NCBI GenBank assembly: GCA_000091165.1
Contig: FP565575.1
Span: 480,001-512,000, forward strand
Length of the DNA stretch: 32,000 nt
Reading direction: 5' to 3'
Source of the DNA: Candidatus Methylomirabilis oxygeniifera
GTDB lineage: Bacteria; Methylomirabilota; Methylomirabilia; Methylomirabilales; Methylomirabilaceae
Shown here: in pieces, positions 26,698 through 32,000 of the stretch
Position numbering within the stretch: position 1 is the stretch's first letter
How the letters are laid out: each line of letters begins with the position of its first letter
Notes under the pieces: model-generated
The model's input: the letters and a program-made list of their open reading frames with translations, nothing else
Databases searched by the model: none
Told to the model about the DNA's origin: nothing
Translations under genes and position numbers: made by a program

Positions 26698-27990
26698 ATG
26701 ATCCCTCGTTATACCCTCCCCCGGATGGCATCCGTGTGGGAACCACAGAATCGCTATGCTGCCTGGCTCAAGATCGAGCTGTTGGCCTGCGAGGCGTGGG
26801 CCGAACTGGGTACGGTTCCGCGCGAGGCGTTGACCGTGATCCAGGCGCGGGCCGCCTTCGACCTTAACCGCATCCAGGAGATCGAGCGGGAAGTTCGCCA
26901 CGATGTTATCGCCTTTGTGTCTGCCGTGGCGGAGCGGGTCGGTCCGGAGGCGCGCTACCTGCATTTCGGGCTGACGTCCTATGATGTCGTGGACACGGCC
27001 TTGGCCGTACAACTGCAACAGGCCGCCGACATTCTGCTGGAAGATTTAGCAGCGCTCTTGCTGACCATCTCCGACCTTGCCAGACGCCACAAGCGTACGA
27101 TGATGATCGGGCGGACGCATGGGATCCATGCCGAGCCCACAACGTTCGGCTTAAAGCTGGCGCTCTGGTATTGCGAGGTAGAGCGTAATATCGACCGCCT
27201 CCGCCGGGCCAGAGAGACCGTTGCGTACGGCAAGCTTTCCGGCGCTGTCGGGACGTTCGCCCATCTCCCACTGTTTGTGGAGCAGTTTGTCTGCGCCAGG
27301 CTCGGGTTAAAGCCGGCGCCGATTTCCAGCCAGATTCTCTCCAGAGATCGACACGCCGAATTCCTGCTGACGCTTGCGCTGATCGGGACCTCGCTCGATA
27401 AGTTCGCGACCGAGATCCGGCACCTGCAGCGGACCGAGGTGCGTGAGGTTGAGGAACCGTTTGTCGAAGGCCAGAAGGGATCATCGGCCATGCCTCACAA
27501 GCGGAACCCGGTCGCCTGTGAGCAGGTCTCCGGGTTGGCGAGGCTGCTGAGAAGTTACGCCCAGTCGAGCCTGGAGAACGTACCGCTATGGCACGAGCGC
27601 GATATCAGCCACTCATCCGTAGAACGGGTGATTCTGCCCGATGCGACCATCCTGCTTGACTATCTGCTGGTCCGGTTCCGGGAGGTGTTGGAGGGTCTTC
27701 GGGTCTATCCGGATCGGATGCGTCACAACCTGGAGCTGACCGGAGGGCTGGTCTTTTCTGAGGCGGTGTTGCTGGCGCTGGTAGGTAAAGGGCTAACTCG
27801 GGAAGAAGGTTATCGGCTGGTGCAGCGACACGCCATGCAGGCGTGGGAGTCGGGTCAACCGTTCAAACCGCTTTTGCTGGCCGATCCGGAGATTTGCCGA
27901 CATCTCTCGCCTGACGAGGTTGAAGGCTGCTTTGATCTGGGCTATCATCTGCGGCATCTGGATGACATCTTCGCTCGCGTAGGTCTCTAA
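26698..27990 (+). CDS. purB: Adenylosuccinate lyase
   Basis: 430 aa, collinear from residue 1 with the Bacillus-type PurB as I recall it (MIPRYTLPRM..WLKIELLACEAWAELG..GRTHGIHAEPTTFG..GSSAMPHKRNP..WHERDISHSS). Confidence 0.96.
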   Translation: MIPRYTLPRMASVWEPQNRYAAWLKIELLACEAWAELGTVPREALTVIQARAAFDLNRIQEIEREVRHDVIAFVSAVAERVGPEARYLHFGLTSYDVVDTALAVQLQQAADILLEDLAALLLTISDLARRHKRTMMIGRTHGIHAEPTTFGLKLALWYCEVERNIDRLRRARETVAYGKLSGAVGTFAHLPLFVEQFVCARLGLKPAPISSQILSRDRHAEFLLTLALIGTSLDKFATEIRHLQRTEVREVEEPFVEGQKGSSAMPHKRNPVACEQVSGLARLLRSYAQSSLENVPLWHERDISHSSVERVILPDATILLDYLLVRFREVLEGLRVYPDRMRHNLELTGGLVFSEAVLLALVGKGLTREEGYRLVQRHAMQAWESGQPFKPLLLADPEICRHLSPDEVEGCFDLGYHLRHLDDIFARVGL

Positions 27991-28009
27991 CGACGTCAGA
28001 CGGTACTGC

Positions 28010-28045
28010 TCAACACTGAACACTCAACACACTGAACACTCAAAA
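28010..28045 (+). repeat. C/A-rich heptamers (TCAACAC/TGAACAC) forming the purS leader
   Basis: TCAACAC TGAACAC TCAACAC (ac) TGAACAC TCAAAA run directly into the purS ATG at 28046. Confidence 0.8.
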
Positions 28046-28300
28046 ATGTTGACCGCGAAGATCTATGTGACCTTGAAGCCGGATGTCCTTGACGCCCAGG
28101 GGGATACCGTACGATCGGCCCTCGAGACGCTGGGGTTTCAGGGGCTGACGGACGTACGGGTCGGAAAGTTCATGGTGCTGACGCTGAACAGTCCCACGAA
28201 GGAGCAGGCTGCGGCGCAGGTCGATGAGATGTGCAAGCGGCTGCTCGCCAACCCGGTGATTGAAAACTACCGCTTCGAGGTAGAGGGAACCGCGGGATGA
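28046..28300 (+). CDS. purS: Phosphoribosylformylglycinamidine synthase subunit PurS
   Basis: 84 aa. KIYVTLKPDVLDAQGDTVRSALETLGF..VRVGKFMVLTL..MCKRLLANPVIENYRFEVE is PurS-like. Confidence 0.94.
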   Translation: MLTAKIYVTLKPDVLDAQGDTVRSALETLGFQGLTDVRVGKFMVLTLNSPTKEQAAAQVDEMCKRLLANPVIENYRFEVEGTAG

Positions 28301-29019
28301 AGTTCGGCATCGTTGTGTTTCCAGGCTCCTGGAGCCACCAGGACTTTCACCATGTCATTGTGAAGATCCTGAAGGAGGAGGCCTGCTACCTCTGGCATAA
28401 GGAGGCTGATCTTCACGGTGTCGATTGCGTGATCCTCCCCGGCGGATTCGCCCATGGCGACTATCTGCGGTCCGGCGCGATCGCGCGACTGTCCCCTGTC
28501 ATGCGGGCGGTGGCGGCCTTTGCGGATGCCGGCGGCCTGATCCTCGGGAGTTGCAACGGGTTTCAGATCCTGACTGAGGCAGGCCTGCTACCGGGCGCGC
28601 TGTTACCGAACGACTGCTTACATTACCGATGCCGATGGGTCCACCTGAGGACGGAGAGCCGCCGGACCCCCTTCACAACCGCCATGCAGCCAGGACAGGT
28701 GGTACGGATGCCGATTTCGCATGGTGACGGGCGATACTATATCGACCAGACCGGCTGGAAAAAGTTGATAGAGGGCGACCAGATCATCTTTCGCTATTGT
28801 GATGCCAAGGGGACGCTCGCAAAGGACGCGAACCCGAACGGGTCGTTTGATCATATCGCCGGTATCTGCAACGAGCGTCGCAATGTTCTTGGATTGATGC
28901 CGCATCCGGAGCGGGCCGCCGAGTCTATCCTGGGTTCCCAGGACGGTTACCTGATGTTTGCGTCGATCCTTGACAGCTTCATCCGTTCCCCGCTGACGGC
29001 ATGCGGGGACAGAGCCTGA
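28297..29019 (+). CDS. purQ: Phosphoribosylformylglycinamidine synthase glutaminase subunit PurQ
   Basis: 240 aa. FPGS.., [24 protein letters not shown] (catalytic Cys) and MPHPERA motifs are present. It overlaps purS by 4 nt. Confidence 0.95.
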   Translation: MKFGIVVFPGSWSHQDFHHVIVKILKEEACYLWHKEADLHGVDCVILPGGFAHGDYLRSGAIARLSPVMRAVAAFADAGGLILGSCNGFQILTEAGLLPGALLPNDCLHYRCRWVHLRTESRRTPFTTAMQPGQVVRMPISHGDGRYYIDQTGWKKLIEGDQIIFRYCDAKGTLAKDANPNGSFDHIAGICNERRNVLGLMPHPERAAESILGSQDGYLMFASILDSFIRSPLTACGDRA

Positions 29020-29029
29020 GGCGTACGTG

Positions 29030-31246
29030 ATGACCGTATCGGTGGTGTCTCCGGATCTGATCGCGTCACACGGCCTGACGGCTGACGAGTACGACAGGAT
29101 CGTCGCGATTATCGGTCGTGAACCGAACCTGGTCGAGCTTGGGATGTTCGGCGCGATGTGGTCGGAACACTGCAGCTATAAAAGCTCGCGGATTCATCTG
29201 GCCGGCCTTCCAACGGAGGGTCCGCGTATCCTCCAGGGGCCAGGGGAGAACGCGGGCGTTCTCGATATCGGGGGTGGTTTGGCGCTGGTCTTCAAGATGG
29301 AAAGTCATAATCACCCGTCTTTCATCGAGCCGTATCAGGGGGCTGCGACAGGCGTAGGGGGGATCATCCGGGATATTTTCACCATGGGTGCAAGACCGTT
29401 CGCATTGTGTGATTCGCTCCGTTTCGGGCCGCTGACCGACCCGAAAAACCGCTACCTGTTCGGCCGGGTGGTCGCCGGCATCGCAGGATACGGAAATGCG
29501 GTGGGCGTACCGACGGTGGGTGGAGAGGCGTGCTTCGCCGAGCCGTATAGCGGCAACCCGCTGGTGAATGTGCTGTGCGTCGGGATTGCGCGGAAGGATC
29601 GACTGTTCTTTTCCGGGGCGGGTGGGATCGGCAATCCGGTGATCTATGTCGGGGCCAGGACCGGACGCGACGGCATCCATGGCGCCACGATGGCCTCCGG
29701 CGTTTTCGATGAGGGGGCTGAGGCGAGGCGGCCGACCGTACAGGTCGGCGACCCGTTTCGTGAAAAGCTGCTCATCGAGGCCTGCCTTGAGTTGATGGCA
29801 GGGGACGATTTGGTCGCGGTTCAGGATATGGGGGCGGCGGGGTTGACCTGTGCGACCGCCGAGATGGCCAGCCGCGGCGGTACCGGGATCGAGATAGACC
29901 TCGCCCAGGTCCCTCGGCGAGAACCGGGGATGACGGCCTATGAACTGATGCTCTCGGAGTCGCAGGAGCGGATGCTGGTCGTTGCGAAGGCCGGGAGCGA
30001 GGCGCGTGTTCGAACGGTCTTTGAGAAGTGGGACCTCGACGCGGCGGTCATCGGGCATGTCACTGAGGGGGGGCTGCTGCGGGTGCTGGATCATGGCAGG
30101 CCGGTCGCGGAGATCCCGGCCGATGCCTTGGCATCAGAGGCGCCCGCCTATCACCGGCCGAGCAGCCGCCCTTCCGAGGCTGATGCGCGGCAACGACTCG
30201 ACCTGGATCGCCTTCCGTTGCCGGACGACTATGCGGCTGTCCTGTTGGAGCTGTTGCGGTCGCCCAACCTCTGTTGCAAGGAAGGGATCTGGGAGCGATA
30301 TGACCACATGCTGTTTCTGGGCACGATCGTCGGACCGGGGTCTGATGCTGTCGTCCTGCGGCTACCCGGAGGCACGCGCGCCATTGCGCTCTCGATTGAC
30401 GGCAATAGCCGCTATTGCACCGTAGATCCCTATCGGGGCGCGATGATCGCTGTGGCCGAGGCGGCCAGGAACGTTGTCTGCGGGGGCGGCGAGCCGCTCG
30501 CCATTACCAACTGCCTGAACTTCGGCAATCCTGAGCGCCCGGAGATCATGTGGCAGTTCATTGAGGCGGTCAAGGGGATCGGCGAGGCCTGTCTGGCCTT
30601 CCAGACCCCCGTCACCGGCGGCAACGTGAGCTTGTACAATGAGACATCGGGGAACGCGATCTTCCCCACGCCTATGATCGGGATGGTCGGCCTCCTGGAT
30701 GATGTCGCGCACGCGACAGGCCAGTGGTTCCAGGCTGAAGGAGATATGGTGGCGCTCCTGGGGGATACACGGGAAGAGTTGGGGGCCAGCGAGTATCTTT
30801 CGATCCGGTTCGATCTTGTGCAGGGTGAGCCGCCGGCGCTGGACCTGGCCAGGGAGCGGGCCGTACAGCGCACCTGCCTCGAGGCGATCCGAGCGGGGAT
30901 CATTCGTTCGGCGCACGACTGCTCGGACGGGGGACTGGCCGTCGCGCTGGCGGAATCATGCCTGGGCGCGACACCGATCGGTGTCGATGTCCAACTGAAG
31001 GATACGATTCGCCCCGATGCGCTACTCTTCGGGGAATCACAATCCAGGATCGTTGTCTCCCTCAAGGCAACTGACTGGCTGAGATTGGAAAGGATTGCTG
31101 CGGCGCACCAGGTTCCTGTGACGCGCCTGGGCATCGCCGGGGGGACAAGGTTCAGACTTCACGGTCCGGCCTGCGGGCTTGATCTTCCCATGAGAGAGGT
31201 CGAGACCGCCTGGCGAAGCGGGTTGGCGTCGTCCCTGGGCGCGTAA
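29030..31246 (+). CDS. purL: Phosphoribosylformylglycinamidine synthase subunit PurL
   Basis: About 738 aa. [45 protein letters not shown] and [13 protein letters not shown] motifs are present. The start is ATG 29030 or GTG 29027. Confidence 0.96.
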   Translation: MTVSVVSPDLIASHGLTADEYDRIVAIIGREPNLVELGMFGAMWSEHCSYKSSRIHLAGLPTEGPRILQGPGENAGVLDIGGGLALVFKMESHNHPSFIEPYQGAATGVGGIIRDIFTMGARPFALCDSLRFGPLTDPKNRYLFGRVVAGIAGYGNAVGVPTVGGEACFAEPYSGNPLVNVLCVGIARKDRLFFSGAGGIGNPVIYVGARTGRDGIHGATMASGVFDEGAEARRPTVQVGDPFREKLLIEACLELMAGDDLVAVQDMGAAGLTCATAEMASRGGTGIEIDLAQVPRREPGMTAYELMLSESQERMLVVAKAGSEARVRTVFEKWDLDAAVIGHVTEGGLLRVLDHGRPVAEIPADALASEAPAYHRPSSRPSEADARQRLDLDRLPLPDDYAAVLLELLRSPNLCCKEGIWERYDHMLFLGTIVGPGSDAVVLRLPGGTRAIALSIDGNSRYCTVDPYRGAMIAVAEAARNVVCGGGEPLAITNCLNFGNPERPEIMWQFIEAVKGIGEACLAFQTPVTGGNVSLYNETSGNAIFPTPMIGMVGLLDDVAHATGQWFQAEGDMVALLGDTREELGASEYLSIRFDLVQGEPPALDLARERAVQRTCLEAIRAGIIRSAHDCSDGGLAVALAESCLGATPIGVDVQLKDTIRPDALLFGESQSRIVVSLKATDWLRLERIAAAHQVPVTRLGIAGGTRFRLHGPACGLDLPMREVETAWRSGLASSLGA

Positions 31247-31263
31247 GGCGGGAGAGACGTAGA

Positions 31264-32000
31264 ATGAAATCGGTACAGATCGGCATACTGGGGTTCGGGA
31301 CGGTGGGTTCCGGGGTGGTGAAGCTGATTCAGGAAAACGGGGCACTCCTGGAGCAGCGGCTGGGCGGGCGGGTCGTCATCCGTCGAATTGCCGATACCGA
31401 CATCAACCGGCGGCGAAACGTTGATGTGGACCCGACCATACTGACCACCGATGCGGCGGCCGTGCTGGAGGATCCCGCGATCGATATCATTGTGGAGTTG
31501 ATCGGTGGCTGTGATATCGCGCTCAGGTTTTGCCGGGAGGCGCTGAACCGGAACAAGCATCTGGTCACAGCCAACAAGGCACTGCTGGCCACTCACGGGC
31601 TTGAACTGTATCGGATCGCCGCGGCGCGTCGGGTATCCATTGGGTTTGAGGCCAGTGTCTGTGGCGGCATTCCGTTGATCCGGGCGATGAAAGAGGGGCT
31701 GGTCGCCGATCGGGTCCGCTCGATTATCGGAATCGTGAACGGTACCTGCAATTATATCCTCACGACGATGACGGACAGCAGGCGGCCGTTTGCCGAGGTG
31801 TTGGCAGAGGCGCAAGCCCACGGCTACGCTGAGGCCGATCCCTCCTTTGATGTGGACGGGATCGACTCCGCCCACAAGCTCCAGATCCTGGCGACGCTGG
31901 CGTTCGGGACCTATGTCCCCTTTGATCGGATTCACGTCGAGGGGATCAGACAGATCGACGCCTCCGATATCGAATACGCCCGCGAGTTGGGATACCGGAT
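31264..32000 (+). CDS. hom: Homoserine dehydrogenase, N-terminal part (3' end outside window)
   Basis: Not in the ORF track because the frame is still open at the window end. My translation from ATG 31264 gives MKSVQIGILGFGTVGSGVVKLIQENG..HLVTANKALLA..FEASVCGGIPLIRAMKEGL..GIVNGTCNYILT..YAEADPSFDVDGIDSAHKL, which is the Hom signature. Confidence 0.9.
   Translation, partial: MKSVQIGILGFGTVGSGVVKLIQENGALLEQRLGGRVVIRRIADTDINRRRNVDVDPTILTTDAAAVLEDPAIDIIVELIGGCDIALRFCREALNRNKHLVTANKALLATHGLELYRIAAARRVSIGFEASVCGGIPLIRAMKEGLVADRVRSIIGIVNGTCNYILTTMTDSRRPFAEVLAEAQAHGYAEADPSFDVDGIDSAHKLQILATLAFGTYVPFDRIHVEGIRQIDASDIEYARELGYR

Noticed and set aside
1-32000. A novel defence, toxin-antitoxin, secretion or mobile system hidden in the window.
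   Set aside because: Every gap longer than 55 nt was read on both strands. All sizeable + strand ORFs are accounted for by conserved translation, transcription, purine and amino-acid genes. No orphan ORFs, compositional breaks that I can see by eye, integrases, tRNA targets or direct-repeat boundaries are present.

Overview
This is a core housekeeping region of a moderately GC-rich bacterium, with every supported gene on the + strand. I cannot assign a taxon from the sequence alone. The window opens inside rpsC and runs through the end of the S10 operon and the complete spc and alpha ribosomal-protein operons (rplP to rplQ, including secY, adk, map, infA and rpmJ, which is missing from the ORF track). 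A strong intrinsic terminator follows, then a stand-alone divergent EF-G paralogue. Next comes a Bacillus-like cluster: rimP, nusA, a fused ylxR/ylxQ gene, infB, DUF503, rbfA, a PHP phosphoesterase, truB, ribF, rpsO, pnp and an M16 peptidase. The window ends with purB-purS-purQ-purL and the 5' part of hom. Many gene junctions overlap by 1-4 nt, which suggests translational coupling. I found no rRNA or tRNA gene, CRISPR array, transposase or integrase, and no defence or toxin-like gene. The long minus-strand ORFs look like antisense artefacts of GC-rich coding sequence. I therefore see no previously undescribed multi-gene system here and do not want to overstate this window. The features that ordinary annotation does not explain are mostly non-coding. 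(1) About half of the longer intergenic spacers contain short tandem repeats with strict 7-nt periodicity. Five leaders carry (NNNNAAC)n arrays just upstream of start codons, and two spacers carry inverted heptamer arrays that form 13-15 bp stems. (2) purB, purS and the DUF503 gene have C/A-rich leaders with no Shine-Dalgarno sequence. (3) There are candidate autoregulatory structures upstream of rpsM, rpsD and rimP. On the protein side, the notable points are an EF-G II-type paralogue lacking the catalytic His, a YlxR-L7Ae fusion, and a PHP-domain enzyme between rbfA and truB. All functional readings of the RNA elements are inference.
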